Source: Octopus sinensis (lineage: Eukaryota). Taken from it: a DNA stretch of 64,000 bases. Made by a program: the position numbers and the translations under genes. Each line of letters starts with the position of its first letter. Within the stretch, counting starts at the first letter, position 1. The notes beneath the pieces are model-generated. The model saw only the letters and a program-made list of their open reading frames with translations. It was not told the origin of the DNA and did no database searches. Positions 26,041 to 39,833 of this stretch are shown piece after piece. Location of the stretch: the NCBI RefSeq assembly GCF_006345805.1, contig NC_042998.1, positions 79,236,001 to 79,300,000 of the forward strand, read 5' to 3'.

Positions 26041-28569
26041 GAACAACCAAAAAAAAGGAGTATTAAAACAACAAACTCAGCATCTGAGCAACTTTGGACC
26101 CCCATAACAACTGAAGAGGTCACCCAGGCACTGCAAAGACTAAGCAACTGGAAGGCACCTGGGCATGACAAGATCCCCAACTTCTGGTTGAAATATCTAA
26201 CAGGAATGCACAAAAAGCTGGCTGAAAACTTTAACAACATACTAGCAGAGCCAGAGACAATGCCTGAATGGCTCACGAAGGGGAAAACCATCTTAATTCC
26301 CAAATCAAATGAGACAGCAAAACCAGAAAACTACAGACCATTAACCTGTCTCCCTACAATGTACAAGGCATTTACTGCAGTGATATCGCAAAGGTTGAAC
26401 AAGCACCTGGACGAAAACAACCTGTTTCCAGAAGAGCAGAAAGGATGCCGCAAAGGCTCATATGGCTGTAATGATCAACTAATGATTAATAAAGCCATAA
26501 CTGAAGACAGCCACAGAAAGAAGAAAGGCCTCAGTATGGCCTGGATCGACTACAAAAAGGCGTTTGATAGCATCCTCCACACATGGATCCTCGAAACACT
26601 AGACATTAACAAAGTAGCACCAACAATTATAAAATTCATAGGGCACTCTATGAATAAATGGCAAACAGTGCTACAGCTCCAAACAAAAGAGGGACTCATG
26701 AAAACCAAAGCCATCCCCATTAGAAGAGGAATATTCCAAGGAGACACGCTCTCTCCACTCCTTTTCTGCTTGGCACTGTCACCTCTATCTGATATGCTAA
26801 ATAGAACTGGATGCGGATATAAATGTTACGGCAAAACGATCAGCCACCTTTTATATATGGATGACCTAAAACTATACGCTGCAAATGACAAACAGCTGGA
26901 AACACTATTAAAGACAGTTCATGGATTTACCAAAGAAATAGATATGAAATTTGGATTAGAAAAATGCGCCAAAGTAACCATGAAAAGAGGAAAACTACTT
27001 AAGAGTAGCAACATCACACTAAGTAAAACCAATGAAATAAAAGAATTAGACCAAAGCCAAACTTACAAATACTTAGGAATCCATGAACTAGATAAGACAC
27101 AACACACACAAATGAAAGAGAAAATAAAAAAAGAATATTATAGACGAGTTAGATCAATACTAAAAACAGAGTCCAATGCTAAAAACAAGATAATAGGTAT
27201 TAACACTTTAGTTGTCCCAGTTATAAGTTACAGCTACAATATCCTTAACTGGACACTAAATGAACTGACCAAAATAGATAGGAAAACAAGAAAAATAATG
27301 ACAGGATCTAGGATGCATCACCCAAAATCTGACATAGAAAGACTATATATACAACGTATAGAAGGTGGTAGAGGCCTTATACAGCTGGAAAACTACTATA
27401 AAATAACCACGATAGGACTGCAAAAATATCTACTTCAGAAGAAAGGAAAACTGATACAAATAGCGGCAAAACACGAGCAAAACAAAAAGCTGTTCTCAGT
27501 ATTTAAGGAAGCTGACAAATACAAACAAGAAATCATACCACCTAATAAATATGAAGAAGAAGAAGAAGAAGAAGAAGAAGAAGAGAAGAAGAAGAAGAAG
27601 AAAAGAAGAAGAGAAGAAGAGAAGAAGAAGAAGAAGAAAAAACAATAAAAGCTATAAAACAAATGAAATCCAAACTAAAAATAGAACAGCAACGAACCAT
27701 GATAAAACGATGGCAAGAAAAGCCCCTTCATGGTAAATACTGGACTAAACTAAACGCAAAAGAAATAGACAAAGAAAAATCCCAGCAATGGTTGAGAAGC
27801 TCAGAACTCAAAGCAGAGACAGAGGGATTTTTAATTACAGCACAAGACCAAAGCCTCCCCGCCAGAAATTACCAAAAACATGTAATGAAAAGAAATATAA
27901 CAAGTAACTGCAGAATATGTGGAGATGGACAAGAAACAATAAATCATATTATCTCTGGCTGCCCAGTCCTGGCTAAGAAGGAATATATTCACAGACATGA
28001 CAGAGTTGGAACCTACATACACTGGAAGCTATGCCAACATTATGGAATAACAACAGAAAAAAGATGAGTTAGGCACACACCAGAAAAGGTCACAGAAAAC
28101 GAGAAAGCAACCATACTCTGGGATATGCCGATACACACAGATAGAGAAATTAAGGCCAACAGACCAGATATAGTTGTCAGAGATCATGAAGAAAAAATGC
28201 TTTCTAATTGATGTATCAATACCGGCAGATGACAACGTGTCTCTAAAAGAAATGGAGAAACTTTCAAAATACAAAGACCTGGAAATAGAGGTAACCAGAA
28301 TGTGGAATCTAAAAACAGAAACAATTCCTATCATAGTAGGTGCATTAGGCATGATAAAAAATATTCAGACAAATACATAACAAAAACACCAGGACTTACA
28401 AACACATATAACATACAGAAAATTGCACTACTAGGCACTGCACACATCCTACGCAGAACACTTTCCATACAATAGCCATCAGAGCATCACAACAAATCAC
28501 AGCACATACCTAAGGCACACAGAGCTGCGCCTTGTAGTGAAGTGAAAGCACGCTATAAAAATAAAACTA

Positions 28570-28574
<5 letters not shown>
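26040..28574 (+). mobile_element. 5'-truncated R4/Dong-type non-LTR retrotransposon (RT + CCHC + restriction-like endonuclease)
   Basis: Domain order and motifs; (TAA)n on both flanks (~25979-26039, from ~28575). Confidence 0.88.
26080..28470 (+). pseudogene. RT-RLE ORF, interrupted
   Basis: WKAPGHDKIPN, NYRPLTCL, WIDYKKAFDS, GIFQGDTLSP, YMDDLKL, YKYLG, GGRGL; CRICGDGQETINHIISGC; RPDIVV...IDVSIP...EKLSKY (PD-D/ExK). Broken by a (GAA)n expansion, a stop at ~28067 and frameshifts. Confidence 0.88.
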
Positions 28575-28617
<43 letters not shown>

Positions 28618-28627
28618 TTATTATTAA

Positions 28628-28658
<31 letters not shown>

Positions 28659-28669
28659 TTAATTTTTGC

Positions 28670-28803
28670 CACAAAGGCAGCTTGGGGGAGGTGGGGATGA
28701 GTCGACTTCCTCGGAATTTGAACACAGATCCTAGCAACAGGCGAAATACCGTTAAGCATTTCGTCCAGCGTGCTAACGATTCTACCAGCTCACCGCCTTA
28801 AAC

Positions 28804-28881
<78 letters not shown>

Positions 28882-29095
28882 CCTCTCTACTAAAGGCACA
28901 AGGCCTGAAATTTTGAGGGAGGGGACTAGTCGGTTACATCGATCTCAATGTTTCACTGGTACTTAATCTATCGACCCCGAAAGGATGAAAGGCAAAGTCG
29001 ACCTCGGCGGAATTTGAACTCAGAACGTAGCGTCAGGCGGAATACCGCTAAGTATTTCGTCCAGCGTGCTAACGATTCTGCCAGCTCACTGCCTT
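28670..29095 (-). mobile_element. Two SINE family B copies (28670-28800 partial, 28880-29095) separated by (TAA)n
   Basis: Family B sequence in reverse. Confidence 0.75.
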
Positions 29096-29130
29096 AAATA
29101 ATAATAATTATTATGATGATGATGATGATG

Positions 29131-29184
<54 letters not shown>

Positions 29185-29192
29185 TAATAATA

Positions 29193-29463
29193 ATCACCGT
29201 GACCGACCAGGCTATCAGATGTTGCTACACATCGCTGGTCACAATGCGCTTCGCATTGTTTTAGCCTTCAAATGACGCCACCACGCTGGCTAAGCGAGCA
29301 GGCCAACAGAGTACAGCAGGGATCGCCACCACCCCCTGCAGGAGCCTCGTGGAGCTTTAGGTGTTTTCGCTCAATAAACACTCACAACACCCGGTCTGGG
29401 AATCGAAACCGCGATCGTACAACCGCGAGTCCGCTGCCCTAACCTGGGCCATTGCGCCTCCAC
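29193..29463 (-). mobile_element. tRNA-derived SINE (family D)
   Basis: Minus-strand head ggcgcaatggcccaggttagggc...ggtttcgattccc (A and B boxes); flanked by (TAA)n. Confidence 0.7.
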
Positions 29464-29540
<77 letters not shown>

Positions 29541-29542
<2 letters not shown>

Positions 29543-29895
29543 TTAGAAGCTAGAAGACCTGATTTAGTAATAGTAAGCAAAGACAATAGGAAGTGCCAGA
29601 TAATTGACTTTACAGTCCGAAATGGTGACAAGTCAATATGAGAGGTATAGAAAAATAGTAAAGTACCAGGACCTAGCCATCAGATTACAGAGACTATGGA
29701 AAGTGAGGGTAAAATGTCTCCCAGTAGTTACAGGTGCATTAGGAACTAACCCTAAAATTTGAACAGATGAATAGAGGAAATAGGCATAAAACTACAGTTT
29801 GGAACAGCTGTGGAAAACAGTGCTGTTATGAACAGCTAGGATACTTAGGAGGTTTTTTGACATCTAAGGTTTCTTGACAGCCTGATGTTAGGAAT
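29541..29895 (+). mobile_element. R4/Dong-type 3' fragment (RLE domain)
   Basis: RRPDLVIV...IIDF...KYQDLA...PVVTGALG; starts directly after (TAA)n. Confidence 0.7.
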
Positions 29896-30589
29896 TTTTT
29901 CTTGTGTATATGAATGATAAAGATAATGACAACAACAACAACAGCGACTACAACGACAACGGCGACGATGAGAATGAAAAGAAAATGGAAGTACAAAGAA
30001 AAACTGGGTGTAAAACATGGTGTTTCATTAGCGTTGAATAAATATACAACATACATTATATGTGTGTGTACGCACAATTATAGGCACACATCATGAGCGC
30101 GTGTGCGCACACACAAGACCAAAATCTAACATTTGAGAACGATTGTTATCAAATACCAGCTGCGTCACATCATTATGCAGCTATATTACATAATATGCGA
30201 TGGTTATATCACATAATATAATAATATTACATAATATGCGAAAGACAGGAAAATTTAAAATCGGATTTACATTGAGAATGTTAAAATTAAAGATACAAGA
30301 CGAAAAACTAAATAGAAATCTGAATTCTATTGATATCACTAAGGAATACATGGCGTTAAGGGAAGAAAAACATATTTTTGCAACTTCTATTGAATAAATA
30401 TTTGGATTACTGGATCGACTCAACAGTAATTTCTGTTGCTCCCGCTTTTTCTGTCTCACTAGCTTTCTCTCTCCCTTGAAATCGTATTTTTACAGCTATT
30501 TCTTTTTTTCCCTCCGATGTAACATCGCTATTGACGCTATTGCCACCGAGATATGAAATGAGAGACGAATGATAAGACTCTTTTCTAGT

Positions 30590-30792
30590 AAAGGCACAAG
30601 GCCTTAGATTTGGGTCAGGAGAGGAATCGATTACATTGACTCCAGTGTTTGACCGGTACTTAATCTATCGGCCCCGAAAGGATGAAAGACGAAGTCGACA
30701 TCGGCGAAATTTGAACTCAGAACGTAGAGACGGGCGAAATACTGCTAAGAATTTCGCCCAGCGTGCTAACGATTCTGCCAGCTCGCTGCCTT
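30590..30792 (-). mobile_element. SINE family B
   Basis: Family B in reverse. Confidence 0.75.
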
Positions 30793-30833
30793 AACGAGTG
30801 ATAAGAATGAAATCAATGATATACTGTCTAAAT

Positions 30834-31330
30834 CAGGGGTGGGGGAACATTTTAGTGAGGCGGGCAGAAATTTCCAAAGTAAAAGGTCCACGGGCGGATC
30901 ACAAATTCTAACTCTTAGATCTGTGCAGATCTTATAATTCGATAAACATTAATAAAGATAGGTTTAACATTAAATTAACGTATAACATCTTCATTAACGC
31001 CACTACTGAATTTAGGACGTTTATATTACTTATGAGGTATTCTATACTTTTCAGCTAGAGTATAGTTGGGTCTCAAGGGGTGATACAAATCTAATAATGT
31101 GTGTTTCATAGCGAAAACAAAATTTTCATTCAAATGGCAATTATCTGGCGATTTCTTTTCGAGTCTGACTATTTTAAGTCGTAGTGGAAACGCGACCTAT
31201 GTCGCAAATAAGCATACGAATATTGTATAAATTTTATAACTGAAAAATTTACTATATTTTGTACATATAAACATAATAGCCTGCGGGTACGATAAAACGG
31301 GCTCGCGGGCGGAGGTTTCCTCATCATTTG
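30834..31330. mobile_element. hAT-derived MITE (degenerate)
   Basis: Left end CAGGGGTGGGGGAAC, degenerate right end, GC-rich subterminal 'cgcgggcgg' motifs, and a possible 8-bp target duplication gtctaaat/gtttaaat. Confidence 0.4.
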
Positions 31331-31665
31331 TTTAAATGAACGTGCAAAAAATTCTCAAAACTACATAATCCTTATATAAATCTAACATACATAGACTCAG
31401 TGCAAACATCAGTAAACTCCAGAATGACAGGGGGAGATACACAGGGAGAACTGGTGCAAGAAAACTTAATAATAGAGAATAGGTTAGCATAGTCAGTCAA
31501 GAAATCATAGAATTGCACCCTTGGTGATGTAAGCAATCTTCATTTAAATTTACTAATTATGCTCAAGAGATTAACCCGAAATTTTAATTAGTATCATATA
31601 TATACATATTTTACACACATAGTTATATATATATATATATACACACACATACCCCTATATATGTG

Positions 31666-31714
<49 letters not shown>

Positions 31715-31893
31715 ATGTATGTATGTATGTATGTATGTATGTATGTATGTATATACGTATGTTCTGAGGTGACAGATAATTTCATTCGTTTTTTTTTCTC
31801 TTCTTTCTAATGTTATGCCTATTCTTCCTCTGCAACTTTTGTTTATCAATATTGAAATTTGAATAAATGTTGCCTCTTTTCTTTCATAAGACA

Positions 31894-32280
31894 ATGGAAA
31901 GCCAAGAAGAATGAAATGTGCAGTTTCAACGCCTGCTTGTCTTCACTTTTCAGTCAAGGTCCCAAATCTGCCAGTACTGCTCAAGAAATGTGTGCTGTTC
32001 ACGCAGAAGGATCTGTTGCTGAAAGAACTGCATAGATATGGTTTTCAGTTTCAAGGAGGGGAAAATTCGAACTTACAGACTCTCTGTGATCTGGTCGACT
32101 AGTATAATATATTTCTGAAATAATACAGCACATTGAATTGAGAACTCCTGCGTCAGCTCCCACAAAATATATGCAAAAAATAGTAATGTTGTAAAGTTGT
32201 TCTACATACTGTTAGCTACCCAGTTTCAAATGCTTAATGAATAGACCTTGTCTTCAAAAAAGTAGCAGTATGAAAATACT
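31894..32280 (+). pseudogene. Mariner transposase N-terminal remnant
   Basis: QFQRLLVFTF..QGPKSASTAQEMCAVHAEGSVAERTA.IW resembles the mariner helix-turn-helix region; stops and frameshifts present. Confidence 0.7.
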
Positions 32281-32354
32281 ATGGAACATTAACATACAGA
32301 CAGAAATAAGCCTAGTGAGAATAGAAAACTAATTATCGATATATTAATATCAAT

Positions 32355-32975
32355 TAAGGCGGTGAGCTGGCAGTTATCGTCAGCAAACCGAGCAAAACGC
32401 TTAGCGGTATTTCGTCCGTTTTTACGTTCTGAGTGCCAAATCGGCCGAGGTCGACTTTGTTTCTCATCCTTTCGGGGTCGATTAAATAAGTACCAATTAC
32501 TCACTGGGGTCGATATAATCGACTTAATCCGTTTGCCTGTCCTTGTTTGTCCTCTCTTTGTTTAGCCCCTTATGGGTAGTAAAGAAATAGGTATTTCGTC
32601 CGTTTTTACGTTCTGAGTGTAAATTCCGTCGAGGTCGACTTTGTTTCTCATTCTTTTGAGGTCGTTAAAATGAGTACCGATTGGGCACCTGGTTGATGTA
32701 ATCGACTAGCACCTGCCCCAAAAAATTACTGGTATTGTGCCAAATTTTGAAATCAATGTATGGAAACTCAAGGACGGCGAGCTGACAGAATCGTTAGCAA
32801 GCTGGGCAAATGGCTTCGCGATATTTCTTCACGTTCTGTGTTTAAATTCCACCGAGGTCGACTTTGCCTTCCATCCTTTCGGGGTCGATAAAATAAGTAT
32901 CAGTTGAACACTGGAGTCGATATAATCGACTTAACCCCCCACCCAATTGCTGGCCTTGGGCTAAAATTTGAAATC
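32355..32975 (+). mobile_element. Cluster of three SINE family B copies
   Basis: Family B core recurs at ~32450, ~32635 and ~32855. Confidence 0.8.
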
Positions 32976-33388
32976 GCTATATCAATATCAAGCGACTATA
33001 ATCCATTTTTGCATAAAATTTGATTTGTATATCCTATATAAATTGTATGATATTCTGAGTGTATTCCTTTGAACATACTATGTACAGATAGATTAGTGTT
33101 GTGCAGGAGCTTGCCGAAAAGCATTGAAATTATACCGATATAACTGTTGAATAAAAAAAAAACATAGCAGTTATAAAATCTATCACCCTATTTGTAATTG
33201 GCACAGTAGGGGTGATACACAACCTTTAATGTAAAAACTTTGACATATTATATATAAGGATAACTATATGCGCCTTGTTTAACGGCTCATGCGATTCCAA
33301 TAACCAACAATAAAATGAGTGTTAGTGGATGAATAATTTCTTTCAATAGTTGAGTGCTGACAGTACGGCATGAATAGTTTCAATTAAT

Positions 33389-33473
<85 letters not shown>

Positions 33474-33863
33474 CGGATGGATGGATGGATTGATGGATGG
33501 ATGGATAAATAGACAGATTGATTGATAGATGCTTTAGTTTTATGACTTCTTTACAGTTTCATATGTTATCTTTTTACGTTGTTTACAGTGTCAACGCTTT
33601 GCAGTATTGAATCCGAAGCTGTCATGGAAACCAATGTATAAAAGTTACAATTAAAGGAACCCGCGGAATTTCGAAAGCACAAGAACAAGCAAAGATACCA
33701 CAAATCGTCGCATAGGACTATTTGACAATCCCACCAATCCATCGGGCCATATTACTACTTTATTTATCAATCCCAAAAGATTGAAAGGTAGATTTAGCCT
33801 CAAAGATATTTGAACTTAGGAAGCAGAGAGCCGGAACAAATAACTCACTGTATTGTAATCGAT

Positions 33864-33950
<87 letters not shown>

Positions 33951-34979
33951 CGCTCGTTCGCTCGCTCTCTCTCTCACTCCCTCTCTCTTTATCTATCTAT
34001 CTTTCTATCTATCTAGCTCGTGCTTTCGCTCCCGCTCTCGAATGGCAACCCAATCCAACAAAATTTCTATTTTCTTCTCAATCCATCCGAGAGAATTTCC
34101 ACTCGGTTTCCTTCTACCCAATTTCATTCACCCGAGTTGACCCGAGCTTATAGAAGATTACACTTACCAAAGATGCCACCAAGCGAAATCGAAACCGAGA
34201 TTTCATGATGGAGTTACATTAAAAAAAAAATCTTCCCATTGAAGGAAGAGAAATAGATCAGTTCTGCTGGTTTCAATTTTTAATGAGATTACATTGCCAA
34301 CTGACGGTCTCTAACTGTCCACTCTTATCCATGACTTCATTAAATTGGATAAACCGATTTGCATAGAGAGCACATTCTAGAAGCTAGTTTGATTAATAAA
34401 TTACTGACGCTTTAGCAGCATTCGTTATCGATGTCATCATGTGCTACAGAATATCCAGAGAGTTAGACCAAAACTGCGTGTGTTAGTTTCATTAGTTATA
34501 GCGGACATTCATAAACATCTGTTTTTTTTAGATAATCGAGCTGTGGACTATATTGCATTAGTAAATTATTTATCTAAATATCTGGTAAGAGTACATTATT
34601 TATGAAAATCGTGTTATCCGATTTAAAAAGTGTGATTAGTTAGGAATGTATAGTTAGTCGGCGATTAAATTTCAATAATGGTGGAAACCGTTTGAGCTGA
34701 GCCTTCTTTCATATCCGCAAAAAGATTGTATTTAAAAAAAAATGCAGTTGCACAAGAGAGTCTCGTGTATTTTAGTAATTTATACAGTTCGGTTTCATTT
34801 AGCTAAAATCTATACATATTTCTATGTATTTGTGTGTGTGTGTGTGTGTGCGTGTGCGCGCGCGCGAACGTGCATTCTTGCATGAACAGTAAATCAGTGA
34901 TGTATAGCAATTCACACTACAGTTATCTTTGACTCCAATAGATTTCTATAGATTTCTAACCTCCCTGATCTTAAGTGTA

Positions 34980-35240
34980 TGTATACATACACACACACAC
35001 ACACACACACACATACATACATACATACATACATACAGACATACATACATACACACACACATACATACATACATACATACATACATACATACATACACAC
35101 ACACAAACATACATACATACATACATACATGCATACATACATGCATGCATACATACATACATATATACATACATACATACATACATACATACACACACAC
35201 ATACATACATACATACATACATATATACATACATACATAC
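34980..35240. repeat. (ATAC)n/(CA)n microsatellite
   Basis: Direct read. Confidence 0.9.
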
Positions 35241-35683
35241 AAATGATATTTTCTTAAATTCAATCGTTTTTATTTAAATTCAATCGTATTTTATGCATTT
35301 CATCGACATTGTCTATTTATATATATTTATGTATTTTGGAATTTTATTTCCATTTTACAGAGAATATATGTATTTATATAAGTTTTGGATGCGTATTTCA
35401 ACTATGTTCTTGTAGACTACGCCAATGTTGCCTCCATAATAATATCATTTCGAATATAGCTCACAACGAGCACTTACATTTTCCTTCTGTATTTATGTGA
35501 GTTGTTGTTAATAACAAGCTCTAATTCAAATATATATTTTACATTACATACATATATACATATATACATATATACATACATACACGCATACACGCATACA
35601 TACCTATATAAATTATTCACACACACACATACGTACACGCTTACATATATATATATGTATACGCACACACAGATACAGACATG

Positions 35684-35734
<51 letters not shown>

Positions 35735-35852
35735 CACTCTGAATTCATCCTTTCACACTTTCGAGGTTAATAATGTTCTAGGCGAGAGCTCTAGAATAGC
35801 GAAATATTGTTAGGCGACTGTTGTAGCTTTTGGCGTTTTGAGCTCAAATATC

Positions 35853-35957
35853 GGTGAGAAGAGTGGCTGTATGGTAAGTAGCTTGCTTACGAACCACATG
35901 GTTCCGGATTCAGTCCCACTTCGTGGCACCTTGGGCGATTGTCTTCTACCTATAGTC

Positions 35958-35995
<38 letters not shown>

Positions 35996-36245
35996 TGTGT
36001 GTGTGTGTGTATGTATGTGTGTGTGTGCATGTATGTGTGTGTATATATGTTTGTGTGTTCCCCCAACATCGTTTGACAACCGATACTGGTGTGTTTACGT
36101 CCCCGTAACTTGGTGGTTCGGCAAAAGAGAACGATAGAATAAGTACTGGGCTTACAAAGAATAAGTCCTGGGATCGATATGCTCGACTAAAGGCGGTGCT
36201 CCAACATGGCCACAGTCAAATGACTGAAACAAGTAAAAAAGAGTA
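35853..36245 (+). mobile_element. SINE family A with internal microsatellite
   Basis: Same head, microsatellite and tail layout as 23226-23640. Confidence 0.8.
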
Positions 36246-36499
36246 ACAGAATATAATAGAGACACAGCATTGCAACCAGCTGAAATCATACAACAAAAAA
36301 GCTCTATGCATCTGGATTGATTTAAGAACATATATAGGCGTGTCTGTGAGGTAAGAGGTTTACTTCTCAACCACATGTTTCCGGGTTCAGTCCCACTGTG
36401 TGACACCTTGGTCAAGTGTTTCCTAGTATAACCCCCGAATCAACAAAGTTTCAAATAGCTACTGTTCCAGCATGAAAAATATTATTACTCGCAGGTCAC

Positions 36500-36900
36500 A
36501 TCAAGCGCCCACTCTAAGATGAAACTATCGGGACCCAGAAACTTACCCACTCGACCAGGCATGCAAGATCAGCTCCATAATAAAGATACTCAAAAGAAAA
36601 AGTATATTGATATTTTCAAAGGTAATTTAAAAAGCAAAAGGTATGCTGTGGATAAGAAGAAAGCCACAAAGTTAGCTGATCATATCTGGAATCTAACGGC
36701 CAACTATATATCATACATCATCAAGTGGAGTATTGTGGGACGATCCATGCCATAGGTTAATGGATAAAAGAGATGCAGGCTTTGTTTAGCCAAAACATGT
36801 CGTATCATTTTCAGACCTAAGAACTCCACTAACCAACAAAATCCTAAATCTGAGCATTGTATGCAATGTAAACATATTGACAATATTTATTTGTTTGTTG
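36500..36900 (+). pseudogene. Penelope-like element GIY-YIG endonuclease remnant
   Basis: KYID...KRY...ATKLADHIWNL...IKWSIVGRS...KRCRLCL resembles the Penelope GIY-YIG C-terminal half. Confidence 0.7.
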
Positions 36901-37003
36901 AACACTCTATTCTCACAAAATTCGATCTTCTAATACTAGTAGTTCTAATTTAAATACTGTGTGCATTAACTTTTATATACACAAACACAAAAACACACAC
37001 ACA

Positions 37004-37053
<50 letters not shown>

Positions 37054-37375
37054 TGACTCTGTGTATGCTTCTGTCTCCTTGTTTTGACATTGAGTGAGAG
37101 TTGTAAATATATATATAAATGTGTGTGTTTATGAGTGTGTGTGTGTTAACGTAGTATGATCAGATTGTTTAAGAGGTTCACGTTGCAATCATAAGGTACA
37201 AACAACAATCGCACTGCATGTCATCTTCGGCAAATTTCATTTTCTATGGCGCAGGTCGATTACATCTCGTGACTGGAAATGGATAGACAGAAACTGTATA
37301 GATGTCCTCAGAACATAAAGACAGACGATATGCTGCTAACGATTCTGCCAGTTCTCCACCTTAATAATAATGATA

Positions 37376-37740
37376 AACAAGAGCACTCAGAGAGCGCAAA
37401 CCTCCGCCAAAGCAACACCAATATCCTTTCAACGACTAGCTAGAGAAAATTTTTAAATGAGAATATCTGACTCGACTACACTCACAAACGAGAAGACTAA
37501 AAATGAACCCAACCGCTCTCAAAAATTAAGTGAAAATAAAAAGGAAAATAATCCAGAATCATTGTCTGGTACCGGATCGATCCCTAAATCCAATCAGTTC
37601 ATGACAATTATGAGGCTAAACATCCCTGAAAGTTTCATCCGAATCCAACCAGCGGTTCTTGAGATATCTTGTCCACGGACAAATAAACAAACAAACGCGA
37701 CTGAAAGCAATATGTCCGCCTCCGCTAAGGCGGAGGTAAT
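37376..37740 (+). mobile_element. Non-autonomous Helentron/DINE-1-like element
   Basis: Subterminal motif 'cctccgcc', internal (AAAC)n and a 3' hairpin 'ccgcctccgctaaggcgg'. Related pieces at 46484-46690 and 47286-47462. Confidence 0.55.
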
Positions 37741-38114
37741 AACAGAATGCACTCATACAGATATATAACAACTTACACATTTATAAAAGTCGATGTATAT
37801 ACATTGAGTTTTATACTTCAGTAGCAAAAAAAAAAAAATGAGTGCGAAATACACCTTTGAGCTATCTTTCAATAATCTTGAAGTCTCTTTTTTATTTTTT
37901 CTGCAATAATTGTTGTGATATTCCAAGTCTGACAATGTTGTACGCACAATACACCGCTCATGCGATTCAGTTTTTTTTTAATTCTCTCACGGGATAAAAA
38001 AAAACTGATTATCCTGTCATTCACGGAATTTATGTGTTTGGATATCTTTCATGCCTGCGTGTTAATGTTTGCCTCTCAATATCTTTTATTTGTCTAGCTG
38101 TCTTTATGATTATT

Positions 38115-38324
38115 TATCCATGAAACTATTTATCTAGCTACCCAATCTATCTAAATATGCGTTTAACTATTTATTTACCTCTATTTATTTATAATTATGT
38201 ATAATTATTGCACAAAAATCATCAACATGCATTTTCAAGCAGAAAAAATTACTAGAGAGGACAATGTGCTGGCTTCAATGCTATTTAACTTAATACAGTA
38301 TGTAGATTAACTGAACAGCACTCT

Positions 38325-38388
<64 letters not shown>

Positions 38389-39200
38389 AGAGTACATAGG
38401 TTTAATGGTTTTTTAAAAAACTAACAATTATTTACTGGTAGATTTCGGCATGTAAATATAACCATTAACGGTAGGAACTTCTATAAAAGTTCAATATATA
38501 TTTTGTATATAGATAAAAAAAAAAGGCAGGCAACAGGTTGCTTAGCCACATACCGAAAAAGTTAGAAATAGCAGTCAAAGACTGTTTATTTCTATTTTCT
38601 ACAAATAAGACTCCACTTACGACATATCCCAGACGAAGGATATGGAATTGATATTTTACTATATTCCTAATATAATAAAATTATTATCCATGAAACTATT
38701 TATCTAGCTACCCAATCTATCTAAATATGCGTTTAACTATTTATGTACCTCTATTTATTTATGATTATGTATAATTATTGCACAAAAATCATCAACATGC
38801 ATTTTCAAGCAGAAAAAATTACTAGAGAAGACAATGTACTGGCTTCAATGCTATTTAACTTAATATAGTATGTCAATTAACTGAACAGCACTCTTCATAT
38901 ATATATATAGTAATATAATAAGAGTAAACAATAGCTTTAATGGTTTTTAAAAAACCAACAATTATTTACTGGTAGATTTCGGCATGTAAATATAACCATT
39001 AACGGTAGGAACTTCTATAAAAGTTCAATATATATTTTGTATATAGATAAAAAAAAAGCCAGGCAACAGGTTGCTCAGCCACATACCGAAAAAATTAGAA
39101 ATAGCAGTCAAAGACTGTTTATTTCTATTTTCTACAAATAAGACTCCACTTACGAAATATCTCTGACGAAGGATATGGAATTGATATTTTATTATATTCC
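38115..39200 (+). repeat. Tandem duplication of a ~570-bp unit
   Basis: 'ttatccatgaaactatttatctagc' starts at ~38115 and ~38684; the internal (TA)n differs in length. Confidence 0.85.
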
Positions 39201-39388
39201 TAATCCAGAAATGCGTTCGTAAATAACTGTTAGACTTTGTTTTCGTTATTTCTTCCTTCTGTTTTACATATGTGAATTACAGGGATATATCGTATGTGGA
39301 ATCTTATTTGTAGAAAATAGAAATAAACAGTCTATTTCTAATTTATTTCGGTATGTGGCTAAGCAACCTGTTGCCTGCCTTTTATTAT
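39048..39388. mobile_element. ~100-bp inverted repeats flanking a degenerate hammerhead core (Penelope-like inverted pLTR)
   Basis: 39048-39155 is inverted at 39289-39388; CTGACGA(39163-39169)...GAAA(39208-39211). Confidence 0.6.
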
Positions 39389-39456
<68 letters not shown>

Positions 39457-39507
39457 AAATGAAATAAATACATATATGTATATATATATATATTATAATA
39501 TATATAT

Positions 39508-39559
<52 letters not shown>

Positions 39560-39669
39560 ATATATATATATATCTATATATATATATATATATATATATG
39601 TAGGTCCCGGGTTGATTCGGGGTTAACCAAGTAAATAATAAGGTACTCAATACATAGTAGAGTAAAATT

Positions 39670-39773
39670 AATTTATTATATAGAAGGAGCTTCTACAGGA
39701 CTAGAACTTCCTGAAGATTTCTCTTGAATGAAACAGTTCTAGTCCTGTAGAAGCTCCTTCTATATAATAAATT
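39670..39773. repeat. Perfect ~38-bp inverted repeat with a CTGAAGA...GAAA loop
   Basis: Arms at 39670-39708 and 39736-39773. Confidence 0.8.
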
Positions 39774-39833
<60 letters not shown>

